Origin: Candidatus Multivoradales bacterium
GTDB taxonomy: Bacteria > Acidobacteriota > Thermoanaerobaculia > Multivoradales > JAHEKO01
Length of the DNA: 64,000 nt
Reading direction: 5' to 3'
Assembly: GCA_965223855.1 (NCBI GenBank)
Contig: CBDCXM010000009.1
Coordinates: 2,464,001-2,528,000 of the forward strand
Shown: positions 27,920-37,350 of the stretch, in pieces
Layout: every line of letters starts with the position of its first letter
Numbering within the stretch: position 1 is the first letter of the stretch
The notes under the pieces: generated by a model
Database searches by the model: none
The model's input: only the letters and a program-made list of their open reading frames with translations
What the model was told of the DNA's origin: nothing
Made by a program: the position numbers and the translations under genes

Positions 27920-29086
27920 TCAGTCTCGAGCTGCGGCTCGAGGAGTCGGCGGCGGCGGTGGCGCCAGGTGCTTCGCCAGCACGACGAGCGTGAGGTCGTC
28001 GGTCAGTTCCGCCTGGCCACGGTGCTGGTCGAAGGCGAGCAGGACCCGGTCGTGAACGGCGCGCGGTGAGCCGACCGCGCCGAGTAGATCCCGGATTCGG
28101 TCGAAGCCGAACGCGTCCCCCGAGGCGTTGACCGCCTCCGCGAGACCATCGGTGAAGAGGAGCAGGAGGTCGCCATCCTCCAGCACGACGCGGAACGCCT
28201 CGAGCTCGACCTCGGCTCGCATGCCGAGCGGCAGTTGTCCGCTACCGAGCTCTTCGATCTCGCCGCCGGCCCGCCGCAGCAACGGGAAGGGATGCCCGGC
28301 GCAGGCGAAGTCGAGGGTGCCGGTGTCGGGATCGAGGAGCCCGTAGAAGAGCGTCATGAAGGCGCGGCGATCGCCGGTGCGATAGAGCGCTCGGTTCAGC
28401 ACCTCGAGAACGGCGACCGGTGACGGGTCGAGGTCGAGTGCCGTCTTGAGGGTGGCGTTGGCGATCGCCATCAGCAGACCTGCGGCGATTCCGTGCCCGC
28501 TGGCGTCGCCGACGACCACCGCGACCCTGCCATCCGGCGTCGGCAGAAGGTCGTAGTAGTCGCCGCCGATGGTGTTGGCGGTGCGGTAGGAGTGCGCGAT
28601 GTCGTAGCCGGCGAAGTGGGGCACCTGATCGGGCAGCAGGTCGCGCTGCAACTGGCGGGCGACCTCGAGTTCGTCTCGGACGTGGATCCTGTCGACCAGC
28701 TCCATGATCAGGACGAGGACCAGCCCGGCGATGCTGGCGAGGAAGAAGATCGGCGAGTAGTCGAGCGAGATCGACCAGGACTCGCCGGAGAAGCTCACCG
28801 GGTCGTCGTCGATCAACCCGATCAGAGCCAGCAGCAGCGAGGCGGCGAAGAGCAGGCGCCGGGTCGGCTGCAACTTGAACGACATGCCGAGAAAGAGAAC
28901 CTTGGCGCGGTGCCACCAGAGTGCCAGGTCCCCTTCCGGCTCGGGGTCCTCGCGATCGCGGGACAGGACGTCGTAGGCGTTGGCGACGTCACGGTCGAAG
29001 AGCCGGCGGAACTCGTCGGCGCTCGCTCCCTCCGTGTAGTCCCGGAAGAAGCTCTTGGTCTGTCGAACGTAGTCGCGCGGTGCCAT
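27920..29086 (-). CDS. Membrane-bound PP2C/SpoIIE (RsbU-like) phosphatase
   Basis: Two TM helices; ARQLQRDLLP, GGDYYD, GDASGHG, AGHP, FTDGLAE, DDLT. Confidence 0.9.
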   Translation of the reverse strand: MAPRDYVRQTKSFFRDYTEGASADEFRRLFDRDVANAYDVLSRDREDPEPEGDLALWWHRAKVLFLGMSFKLQPTRRLLFAASLLLALIGLIDDDPVSFSGESWSISLDYSPIFFLASIAGLVLVLIMELVDRIHVRDELEVARQLQRDLLPDQVPHFAGYDIAHSYRTANTIGGDYYDLLPTPDGRVAVVVGDASGHGIAAGLLMAIANATLKTALDLDPSPVAVLEVLNRALYRTGDRRAFMTLFYGLLDPDTGTLDFACAGHPFPLLRRAGGEIEELGSGQLPLGMRAEVELEAFRVVLEDGDLLLLFTDGLAEAVNASGDAFGFDRIRDLLGAVGSPRAVHDRVLLAFDQHRGQAELTDDLTLVVLAKHLAPPPPPTPRAAARD

Positions 29087-29118
29087 GGCGGAGTTACGTC
29101 GTGGATCCCGGCGGGTTC

Positions 29119-30735
29119 TCAGGCACCGGCCCCACCGAAGCGAACGCCGGTGAGCTCTGCCATCTCCCGCTTCCATGTAGTGAGGTCGTCGATGCCGAGT
29201 TCGGCGAGAGTCGAATATCCGCAAGCTCGAGCGAGAATCTTCATCAGGTCGACCGAGGACGCGAAGAACCGGGCGAGGCGAGCTGCTGCCGTGTCTCTCG
29301 GCAGGCGCTCTCGCAGGTGCGGCTGTTGTGTCGCGATCCCGACCGGGCAGTTGTTGGTGTGGCACGCCCGCATGCCGATGCAGCCGATCGCCTGGAGGGC
29401 GGAATTGGCCACCGCCACGCCGTCGGCGCCGAGGGCGAGCGCCTTCACGAAATCGGCCGGTGTGCGCAAGCCGCCGGTGATGATGAGGGTGACCTCACCG
29501 CTCTTGCCGCTGCGGTCGAAGTGTCGTCGCGCCCGGGCTAGGGCAGGGATCGTCGGCACCGAGATGTTGTCTCGGAACAGCAGGGGCGCGGCGCCGGTGC
29601 CGCCGCCGCGCCCGTCGAGGATCACGTAGTCGACGCCGACCTCGAAGGCGGCATCGAGGTCGCTCTCGATGTGCTGGGCGGAGAGTTTGAATCCGATCGG
29701 GATGCCGCCGGTCGCCTTTCGGACCTCGGCGGCGAAATCGCGGTAGTCGGACAGCTCCTCCCAATCGGGGAATCGGGCCGGAGAAATTGCGTCCTGACCG
29801 ACCTCGAGGCCGCGGACCTCGGCGATCTTTTCGTTGACCTTGTGCCCGGGGAGGTGCCCGCCGGTGCCGGTCTTGGCGCCCTGCCCTCCCTTGAAGTGGA
29901 AGGCGCGAACGCGGTCGAGCTGCTCCATCGAGAAGCCGAAGCGAGCGGACGCCAGCTCGTAGAAGTAGCGCGTGTTCTCGGCAGCTTCCTCGGGGAGCAT
30001 CCCTCCTTCGCCGGAGCAGATCCCGGTCCCGGCAAGCTCGGCGCCACGGCTGAGCGCCACCTTCGCCTCCGGAGAGAGGGCGCCGAAGCTCATGTCCGAG
30101 ACGAAGAGCGGGATGTCGAGCTCGAGAGGCCGAGCGGCGCAGGGGCCGATCACCAGTGAGGTCGAGACGGGGGCCTCGTCGAGCAGCGGCAGCCGCGCGA
30201 GCTGAGCGGTGACGAACTGCAGATCGTCCCACCGGGGAAGATCCCGCCTCGGGACGCCCATCGCTTCGACAGGGCCATGGTGACCGGTGGATTTGAGTCC
30301 CGTGTCGGCGAGCTGGCGGATGAAGGCGACGGCATCCTCGACCTTCTCGCCGTGGGAAGGATCCTGGAAGTCGCCCTGGTAGGCGTCGCGGTCGTATGGC
30401 TGCGGATTGTTCTCCTCCCAAGCGGCGATCTCGTCACCGTCGACGCAGACACTGTCGTCCTCGATCCAGGAGGTGAACCGTTCGAGGCGCTCGGCGGGGT
30501 CGTAGGCGCTGATGCCGGTGCGATAGCGGTAGTCCCAGTCGTGGAGTCCGCAGATCAGATCGTCGCCCTCGATGCGGCCGTCGGACATCAGGGCGCCGCG
30601 ATGCACGCAACGTCCGTAGAGAACCGAAACGTCGTCGTCCCACCGCACGATCACGAGATCGACGTTGCCGACCCTTGCGTGAGTCGGCTTGCGATCGGGC
30701 AGGTCACTCCAGGATGTGAGGGCGATCTTGTTCAA
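29119..30735 (-). CDS. Rieske [2Fe-2S] domain fused to FMN-binding glutamate-synthase-family domain
   Basis: RCVHRG...ICGLHDW (Rieske); MSFGALS, SGEGG, KGGQGAK, DGRGGGTGAAP, CIGMRACHTNNCPVGIATQ. Confidence 0.9.
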   Translation of the reverse strand: MNKIALTSWSDLPDRKPTHARVGNVDLVIVRWDDDVSVLYGRCVHRGALMSDGRIEGDDLICGLHDWDYRYRTGISAYDPAERLERFTSWIEDDSVCVDGDEIAAWEENNPQPYDRDAYQGDFQDPSHGEKVEDAVAFIRQLADTGLKSTGHHGPVEAMGVPRRDLPRWDDLQFVTAQLARLPLLDEAPVSTSLVIGPCAARPLELDIPLFVSDMSFGALSPEAKVALSRGAELAGTGICSGEGGMLPEEAAENTRYFYELASARFGFSMEQLDRVRAFHFKGGQGAKTGTGGHLPGHKVNEKIAEVRGLEVGQDAISPARFPDWEELSDYRDFAAEVRKATGGIPIGFKLSAQHIESDLDAAFEVGVDYVILDGRGGGTGAAPLLFRDNISVPTIPALARARRHFDRSGKSGEVTLIITGGLRTPADFVKALALGADGVAVANSALQAIGCIGMRACHTNNCPVGIATQQPHLRERLPRDTAAARLARFFASSVDLMKILARACGYSTLAELGIDDLTTWKREMAELTGVRFGGAGA

Positions 30736-30827
30736 AGAGTCGGGCTCCGCGGGACGGTGATCGGTGCGATCGAGGCTACACCAGCCATCGCGCGCATCGA
30801 TTGATCGTCTCGGACTATCCTGTGCCC

Positions 30828-31382
30828 ATGGAGACGCCGATTCTCGTCGCTCTCGGCTCCAACATCGAACCGGAGAGGCGACTGCCGTCGGCGGTGCGGC
30901 GGTTGGCGTCCCTGCCGTTCGTCGAAGTCGTCGCCGCCTCCACCGTCTTCGAGAGTGAGCCGCTCGGGGCTCCCGGCACTCCGCTGTTTCTCAATGCGGT
31001 GGTCGCCCTCGAGACCGCCCTCGGGCCGCGCTCCCTGAAGTTCGGGGTGCTGCGCGAGATCGAGTGGCTGGAGGGACGCCGCCGCTCGAGCGACCCCAAT
31101 GCGCCTCGGACGCTCGATCTCGACCTGGTGCTCTACCGGGATCGAGTCGCGCAGGATGCTGACCTGCGCCTGCCCGATCCCGATCTCGCTACGCAGCCGC
31201 ACGTCGTCGTGCCGGCCGCCGAGCTCGCGCCGAACTTGATTCCACCGGGCATGAGCGAGCCCCTGGAGGCGCTGGCCCGGAAGATGAGATCGGGACTGGT
31301 GGCCAGGAGGGATGTGGCTCTCTCCTTCGATAGCCAGGCCGATCTCGACGGAGAGTCCGGGCGCACTGTCGAGCCGAACTGA
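30828..31382 (+). CDS. folK: 2-amino-4-hydroxy-6-hydroxymethyldihydropteridine diphosphokinase (HPPK)
   Basis: ALGSNI, FLNAVV, PRTLDLDLVLY. Confidence 0.92.
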   Translation: METPILVALGSNIEPERRLPSAVRRLASLPFVEVVAASTVFESEPLGAPGTPLFLNAVVALETALGPRSLKFGVLREIEWLEGRRRSSDPNAPRTLDLDLVLYRDRVAQDADLRLPDPDLATQPHVVVPAAELAPNLIPPGMSEPLEALARKMRSGLVARRDVALSFDSQADLDGESGRTVEPN

Positions 31383-31406
31383 GTCGAGCCGCCCTGAGTC
31401 GAGCCG
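31368..31406. repeat. Three copies of GTCGAGCCG with 15-bp period across the folK stop codon
   Basis: Copies at 31368, 31383 and 31398; CTGAGTCGAGCCG is duplicated exactly. Confidence 0.8.
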
Positions 31407-31612
31407 CGACCTCGCCCCGCCCACCTGCGCTTGTCGGGTAGAACGGCCTCTTGCCCGAGGCCGCCGGAGCGACGGCGTCAGCCCGCGCTGCCGGTCCCCG
31501 GCACCATCGCCAGCAGGAGCCTCCGCCTTACTTGAAACCCCTTCTCACCGAGCGTCGGATTTCACTCGCGGGTCCTCTCCGGGAGAGACCTGTCCCTCCA
31601 GCCACCCTCCTC

Positions 31613-33013
31613 CTATCCTTCGGACCTCCCACGCCCATAGCCGAAGCCGATCGCCAGCAGCGCCATCACCAGCAGTCCCCAGGAGTGGAAGTTGTAGAGG
31701 CCGATCTTCCAGGCCGCGAGTGGGACGTTGGCGCCGCCGAGCGTCTGGTTGGCGGCAAAGACGGTGGGAATGCAGTAGGGCAGCAGGAACGGATAGGTGC
31801 ACACGGTGAGGTCGAGCAGGTTGGCTCGTCGGACGGCGCCGACCCCCGCTCGCTCGCCGAGACGCCGGACGACGGGTCCGACAGCCAGCAGGGCGACGAC
31901 CGAATGGGTCGTGGCGACGACCGCCGTCGAGGCCGCGAGGAACAGCGAGCGCTCAGCCTGCGGGGGCGAGGCGCTGCGCCTCTCGAAGCGGGTGAGCCAC
32001 GTCTCGAGCCAGCCGGAGGCTTCGAGACCTCCGACCAGCGCCATCAGCAGCAGGGTGAAGATCGAGATCCCGACACCCCGTTCGAGCCCGTCCAGGAGCA
32101 GCCCCTCCGCGCGATAGTTGCCGGAAGTGACCGAGATCAGGTCGGATGGCGCGATCAGGTCGAGAGCGAGACCGATCCCCAGGGCTACGGCGACCCCGAT
32201 GAGCAGCCCCTGAACGAGGTGCCTTCCGGCCATCAGAGCAGCGAGCGCCGCGAGTGGGGCGGCAGCCAGAGGGAGCGCGCGGGCGGAGGTGTCGAGACTC
32301 AGGACGGTGTCGGTGCCGACACCACCACCGAGCGCGTAGACCAGCAGAGCCGCTCCCGCGGCGGGCAGGGCATAGCGCAGTCGCGAGCGGACGACGCTTC
32401 CGATCGCCGCCCCCTGGGTGCCGGCGGAGGCGATCGTCGAATCGGAGACCGGTGACAGGTTGTCGCCGAACGTCGCTCCACCGAGGATCGCTCCCATCAG
32501 CATCGCCGGGTGGGTGCCGAGCTCGGCGCCGGCGCCGTAGAGGAGCGGCGCGCACAGCGCCAGGGTGCCGAGGCTGGTCCCGGTCGCGGTCGAGACGAGG
32601 CAGCAGGCGAGGAACGAGGCGGCGACGAAACCACCCCCTGAGAGACCGATCGTGTCGGCGATCCACAGCACCGAGCCGACGAAGCCCGAGGCCTGGAGAA
32701 GCTGGGCGAGGAGCCCCGCGAGCAGCCAGGCGAGGATCATCAGCGGGACGAGCGGCTGTGACATGCCGCGCACCATCGCCTCGCAGTACGCCCGCCGATC
32801 GCGCGCAAGCAGGGTGCCGAAGGCGAGCGCGCCGATCAGCAGCGGCCAGAAGCCACGCTCGTCCGGCGCGCCCGACCATGCCAGCCAGCCGACCCCGGCC
32901 AGGAAGGCCAGCCACGGCAGAAGTGCGCCGAAGGCGCCGCCGTGGAAATCTACCGTCGGCTTCGTCGGCGCCCCGTCGTCGGCCTGAAGGGTGGAAGTCT
33001 GTTCCTGTGTCAC
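31613..33013 (-). CDS. Na+/H+ antiporter NhaC family transporter
   Basis: STATGTSLGT, GAILGGATFGDNLSPVSDSTI, many TM helices; start about GTG 33013. Confidence 0.88.
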   Translation of the reverse strand: MTQEQTSTLQADDGAPTKPTVDFHGGAFGALLPWLAFLAGVGWLAWSGAPDERGFWPLLIGALAFGTLLARDRRAYCEAMVRGMSQPLVPLMILAWLLAGLLAQLLQASGFVGSVLWIADTIGLSGGGFVAASFLACCLVSTATGTSLGTLALCAPLLYGAGAELGTHPAMLMGAILGGATFGDNLSPVSDSTIASAGTQGAAIGSVVRSRLRYALPAAGAALLVYALGGGVGTDTVLSLDTSARALPLAAAPLAALAALMAGRHLVQGLLIGVAVALGIGLALDLIAPSDLISVTSGNYRAEGLLLDGLERGVGISIFTLLLMALVGGLEASGWLETWLTRFERRSASPPQAERSLFLAASTAVVATTHSVVALLAVGPVVRRLGERAGVGAVRRANLLDLTVCTYPFLLPYCIPTVFAANQTLGGANVPLAAWKIGLYNFHSWGLLVMALLAIGFGYGRGRSEG

Positions 33014-33092
33014 GATACCGGCGGAAACTAGCAGAGCAGGGCCCGGCGGACGACTCTCCGAGAGGATCGGCGGGCTGGCAGGAAGGACGAGA

Positions 33093-33452
33093 ATGGAGGA
33101 TTCCCCCCAGACGTTCACCCTCTACGACCTGAGGGTCGAGGTGGTGGCCACCGACCGGCCGATGGTGTGCAACCACGCCGCAGGAGACTTTTTCGAGTTG
33201 CGTGGGGAGAACCTGTCGCTGCCTCCGGGCCAGAGCTTCCCGATCTACCCGCTTGCCGCACTGCTGCCGTTGCTGCCGGCGAAGCAGCGAGAGACCGCGG
33301 CTGCGGACTGGATGTCGACCGACCACGAGGTCGCCTGTCCCGACCCGCACTGCGGTGCTCGCTTCCGGATCTCTCGAATCGGTCGTTCGAGCTTCGGTCG
33401 GGACGAGGTCACGGCGGTGCCGATGCCCGATGCCGAGGCCGACGGAACGTGA
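33093..33452 (+). CDS. TIGR04076-family small Cys-containing protein (119 aa)
   Basis: YDLRVEVV...CNH..GDFFEL, LAALLPLLPAKQR, ACPDPHC. Confidence 0.8.
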   Translation: MEDSPQTFTLYDLRVEVVATDRPMVCNHAAGDFFELRGENLSLPPGQSFPIYPLAALLPLLPAKQRETAAADWMSTDHEVACPDPHCGARFRISRIGRSSFGRDEVTAVPMPDAEADGT

Positions 33453-34510
33453 GAGTCTCCCCCCGGCTGCCGTGGAGTGCACCGCTGCTGCATGGCTGCT
33501 GGCAGCTGGCAGAGGACCACGGCACGCCGAGACTGGAGGAGGGGCGCCTCTTTGTACGCTGGAGCGAGGCGGTCGAGGCGGGTTTCGACACCTTCGATTG
33601 CGCCGACATCTACACCGGCGTGGAGGAGCTGCTCGGGCGGTTCCTGCGGACGCTTGATTCTCCCGACGCGGTTCGCGTCCATACGAAGTTCGTCCCCGAT
33701 CGTGCCTCTCTCGAGACACTCGACCGATCGACCATCGTTCGTGTCGTCGATCGGTCTCTCCGACGGCTCGGCAGGGAGAGTCTCGACCTGGTGCAGTTCC
33801 ACTGGTGGGACTTCGAGGTTCCCGGGTGGATCGAGGCGGGGAGGGTGCTCGACGATCTGCGACAGGCGGGCAAGATCCGGCGGCTGGGAGTGACCAACTT
33901 CGACCTCGACCACCTCAGGACGCTGATCGAGGCGGGAGTGGAAGTAGCGTCGGCGCAGGTGCAGTACTCGGTGCTCGATCGACGGCCCGAAGCCGGCTTT
34001 GCGACCTGGTGCCGGGAACACGGCATCGCGCTCCTGGCCTACGGAGCGCTGGCCGGAGGGCTGCTGTCCGAGCGGTGGCTCGGCGTGGAGGCTCCCGGGT
34101 CGGCCGAGAATCGGTCGCAAACCAAGTACCGCCTCGTGGTGGAGGAAGTGGGTGGATGGCAGGCGCTGCAGGCTCTCCTCGAGGCGCTGGCGGCCGTCGC
34201 CGAGCGTCACGACACCACGGTTTCGGTAGCGGCGCTGCGATGGGCACTGGAGCGCCCGGGTGTCCGGGGTGTAATCGTCGGGACGGGTCGACGAAGCTCG
34301 TTGGCCGCGCTACGACGGGTGGTCGGAGCGGGTTCCGGGGATCGGTCCTGGGAGGAGGAGTCTTGGGAAGAGTTGGAACGAACGCTCGAGCGATATCCCG
34401 GGCCGCAGGGCCACATCTACGGCCTCGAGCGCGAGCCCGGCGGTCGCCACTCAGCGATCCTGCGCACCGACCTGCAGGGAGTCGCGACCTCCTCGGAGGA
34501 GGGCGAGTGA
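33449..34510 (+). CDS. Aldo/keto reductase
   Basis: GCWQL, FDCADIYTGVEE, VHTK, LDLVQFHWWD, LGVTNF, QVQYS; GTGA overlap. Confidence 0.92.
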   Translation: MRVSPRLPWSAPLLHGCWQLAEDHGTPRLEEGRLFVRWSEAVEAGFDTFDCADIYTGVEELLGRFLRTLDSPDAVRVHTKFVPDRASLETLDRSTIVRVVDRSLRRLGRESLDLVQFHWWDFEVPGWIEAGRVLDDLRQAGKIRRLGVTNFDLDHLRTLIEAGVEVASAQVQYSVLDRRPEAGFATWCREHGIALLAYGALAGGLLSERWLGVEAPGSAENRSQTKYRLVVEEVGGWQALQALLEALAAVAERHDTTVSVAALRWALERPGVRGVIVGTGRRSSLAALRRVVGAGSGDRSWEEESWEELERTLERYPGPQGHIYGLEREPGGRHSAILRTDLQGVATSSEEGE

Positions 34511-36294
34511 CGCCTATGGCCCGACTCGCACCCGCCGTCGGTGCGCTCCTCCTGACCGCCCTGGGTTGCGCCTATCCGGAGACTTCGCGACCGGCGTCGC
34601 CGGACCGCCAGGCCGACGCGACGATCGACGGGTACATCGAGCGCTATTTCGACTTCTACCCGACGCGTGCGATCGAGGCGGGGCGACAGGAGTTCGCCTC
34701 GCGTCTGGAGGATTTCTCACCGGCGAGGTTGGCCGCCTGGATCTCCTTCAACGAGGAGACTCTGGAGACGATCGGGGAGCTCGACGGCAACGTGGGCCCC
34801 GAGGAGAGCTTCGACCTCGAGTTGATCGCCCGCCGCGCACGCCTCGAGATTCATTCGCTCTCGACCCGTGAGGTTCATCGTGCCGACCCGCTCTTCTGGA
34901 CCCGCCCGATCGGCAACGCCACCGTCTTCCTGCTGGTCCGCGAGGACCCACCGCTCGCAGACCGGCTCGCCGGCGCCGTGGCACGGGCGGAGCAGCTGCC
35001 GAAGCTCGCCGATCAGGCCCTGGCGGCACTCGCGGATGCCGAGGGTCGGGCGTCGGCCGAGGTCGCGGCGATCGCGGCCCGACAGGCTCGAGCCTCGGCG
35101 CTCTTCTATCGCGAGGGGTTTCCGGAGGCGGGGGAGGGTGTCGATGTCGCCCTGCGGGAGCGGCTTGCCGAGACCGGCCCCCATGCCGCCGTCGCTCTGA
35201 CTCGACTGGCCGATCGGCTCGACGCCCTCGCCGACGCGGCAACCGGTTCCCCCCGGCTGGGTGAGCACTACGAACTGCGCTTCAGGATCGTGACGGGAGG
35301 AGCTTCCTCCCCGGAGGTTCTGGGCGAGGCCATCAAGGCGCTCGAGGCCAAGGTGGTCGAAGCGGCCGCCTACGGCCGTGAGGTGTGGAGTGAGGCGCTG
35401 GTGAACGAGCCCCAACCGGCGGAGGATCGCGACCTGCTGCGGCGACTCTTCGCACGGGTCTCCGAGGACAGGGCGAGTACGGTCGAAGAGTTCGTCGCCG
35501 ACTACGAACAGCTGCTGGCGCAGTCGGTCGCCTTTGTCCGCGAGCGAGACCTCATCACCCTGCCGGAGCCGCTGACGGTCCACACGGCGAGATCCCCCGA
35601 CTTCTTCGTCGGTCAGTCGGTCGGCGGGGTCTATCCGGCGGGGCCGTACGCCCCGGACGATGCCGACACGCTCTTCTACCTGCCGACACCGTCTCCCGGC
35701 ATGAGCGCCGAGCAGCGGGACGGGTTCTTCCGCGACTTCAACCACCACTTCAACGTCATGATCACGCCGCACGAGATGGTGCCGGGGCACTACCTGCAGC
35801 TCAAGTTCGCGGCGCGCCATCGCCGTCCGGCGCGGGCGCTCTTCAGCGACGGCATCTACGTGGAGGGGTGGGGCACCTTCTGCGAGCGGTTGATGCTCGA
35901 TCTCGGCTGGGGCGGGCCGCTCGACCGTCTGGCTCACCTCAAGAAGCAGCTCGAGAACATCGCCCGCACGATCGTCGACATCCGCGTGCACACCGAGGAC
36001 ATGAGCCGCGAGGAGGTGCTGGCCTTCGTCCGCGACCAGGCGCTGCAGGACGAGCAGTTCGCCTCGAACATGTGGGTGCGCGCCCTCACTTCGTCGCCGC
36101 AGCTCGTCAGCTACCACCTCGGCTACCGCGAGGTGAAGGGCCTCTACGACGACGTCAAGGCGGCTCGCGGGGACGACTTCGTACTCAAGGAGTTCATGGA
36201 CGGGATGATGGAGTTCGGGCCCGTCCCGGTTCGGCACTATCGCGCGCACATGCTCGGCCGGGCGGCGGAAGGCGGGGAAACCGCGGCGCGATAG
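34507..36294 (+). CDS. DUF885 family lipoprotein (putative metallopeptidase)
   Basis: Lipobox ALGC; HEMVPGHYLQ, YVEGWG, IVDIRVH; GTGA overlap. Confidence 0.85.
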   Translation: MTPMARLAPAVGALLLTALGCAYPETSRPASPDRQADATIDGYIERYFDFYPTRAIEAGRQEFASRLEDFSPARLAAWISFNEETLETIGELDGNVGPEESFDLELIARRARLEIHSLSTREVHRADPLFWTRPIGNATVFLLVREDPPLADRLAGAVARAEQLPKLADQALAALADAEGRASAEVAAIAARQARASALFYREGFPEAGEGVDVALRERLAETGPHAAVALTRLADRLDALADAATGSPRLGEHYELRFRIVTGGASSPEVLGEAIKALEAKVVEAAAYGREVWSEALVNEPQPAEDRDLLRRLFARVSEDRASTVEEFVADYEQLLAQSVAFVRERDLITLPEPLTVHTARSPDFFVGQSVGGVYPAGPYAPDDADTLFYLPTPSPGMSAEQRDGFFRDFNHHFNVMITPHEMVPGHYLQLKFAARHRRPARALFSDGIYVEGWGTFCERLMLDLGWGGPLDRLAHLKKQLENIARTIVDIRVHTEDMSREEVLAFVRDQALQDEQFASNMWVRALTSSPQLVSYHLGYREVKGLYDDVKAARGDDFVLKEFMDGMMEFGPVPVRHYRAHMLGRAAEGGETAAR

Positions 36295-36304
36295 GCTCGG
36301 CGGG

Positions 36305-37336
36305 ATGCGACGCTTCGCGACCTTCCCCCTGATCGTCGCCGCGCTGGCGGTGGTGGCCTTTGCACCTGCGGTCGCAGCGGCGCCTTGGAAGCTCGCCACT
36401 CTGGTGCCCGACGGCTCGGTGTGGGATCGCGCGTTGCGGGAGATGAGCGAGGAGTTCTCGGACGCCACGGACGGACGGGTGTCACTGCGCGTCTATCCCG
36501 GCGGCGTCGCCGGTGACGAGACCGACATCGTCCGCAAGTTGAGGATCGGTCAGCTTCACGCGGCTGCGCTGACCACCGCCGGCCTGAGTGAGATCGACGA
36601 GGGATTCTCTGTCTTCTCGACGCCGCTCCTGTTCCAGTCCTATGACGAGCTGTTCGGTGTGCTCGAGGCGGTCGAGCCGGAACTGCGCCGGCGACTCGCC
36701 GACGCGGGGTTCGAGCTGCTCCACTGGGGCCACGGCGGGTGGGTGCACGTCTTCTCGAAGGAAAGGGTCGCGACGCTCGCCGATCTCAAGGGGATGAAGC
36801 TCTTCGCCTGGGCCGGCGACGACGCGCGGGTGCAGCTGTTCCGCACCTCCGGCTTCCAACCGGTAGCGCTCGCCAGCACGGACGTCCTCACCGGGCTGCA
36901 GACCGGCCTGATCGAGGCCTACCCGACGACTCCGCTCGCGGCGCTGTCGTTGCAGTGGTTCCGGCAGACGCCTCACATGTCGGAGATCGGCCTCGCGCCC
37001 CTGGTGGGGGCGGTGATCGTCTCGCGCCGCAGTTTCGATCGCCTCGACGACGGAGACCGGGAGCAGATCCGACAGATCGCCCGAGGCTACGGCGAGCGCC
37101 TGGCAGCGGAGATTCCGGAGCAGGACGAGAAGGCGGTCACCGAGATGAAGCAGCGCGGCCTCACGGTCGTCCCTGTCGAGGACGAGGAAAACTGGCACGC
37201 GGCAGCCCGCGACTTCGTCGCCACCTCGCGCGGTGACCTCGTACCGGCCGGGCTGCTCGACACGATCGTCGGCGAGCTCGAGGCGCTCCGCGCCGCCTTG
37301 CCGCCTCGTGCGGAGACCACGGAGTCGTCTCCCTGA
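36305..37336 (+). CDS. dctP: TRAP transporter substrate-binding protein DctP (TatP-like)
   Basis: Signal peptide; KLATLVPDGSVW, YPGGVAGDE, LQTGLIEA. Confidence 0.9.
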   Translation: MRRFATFPLIVAALAVVAFAPAVAAAPWKLATLVPDGSVWDRALREMSEEFSDATDGRVSLRVYPGGVAGDETDIVRKLRIGQLHAAALTTAGLSEIDEGFSVFSTPLLFQSYDELFGVLEAVEPELRRRLADAGFELLHWGHGGWVHVFSKERVATLADLKGMKLFAWAGDDARVQLFRTSGFQPVALASTDVLTGLQTGLIEAYPTTPLAALSLQWFRQTPHMSEIGLAPLVGAVIVSRRSFDRLDDGDREQIRQIARGYGERLAAEIPEQDEKAVTEMKQRGLTVVPVEDEENWHAAARDFVATSRGDLVPAGLLDTIVGELEALRAALPPRAETTESSP

Positions 37337-37350
37337 GATTCCTCCGCTCG

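Noticed and set aside
31368-31406. Triple repeat as a CRISPR remnant
   Set aside because: The 15-bp period with 6-bp gaps is far too short, and there are no cas genes.
31450-31600. Glycine-riboswitch-like GGAGAGACC and ZTP-riboswitch-like CTGGCGA...GGGCAA fragments
   Set aside because: The remaining conserved cores (CCGAAG/CTCTCAGG; GTGG/CCAC) are missing, and no gene start lies directly downstream.
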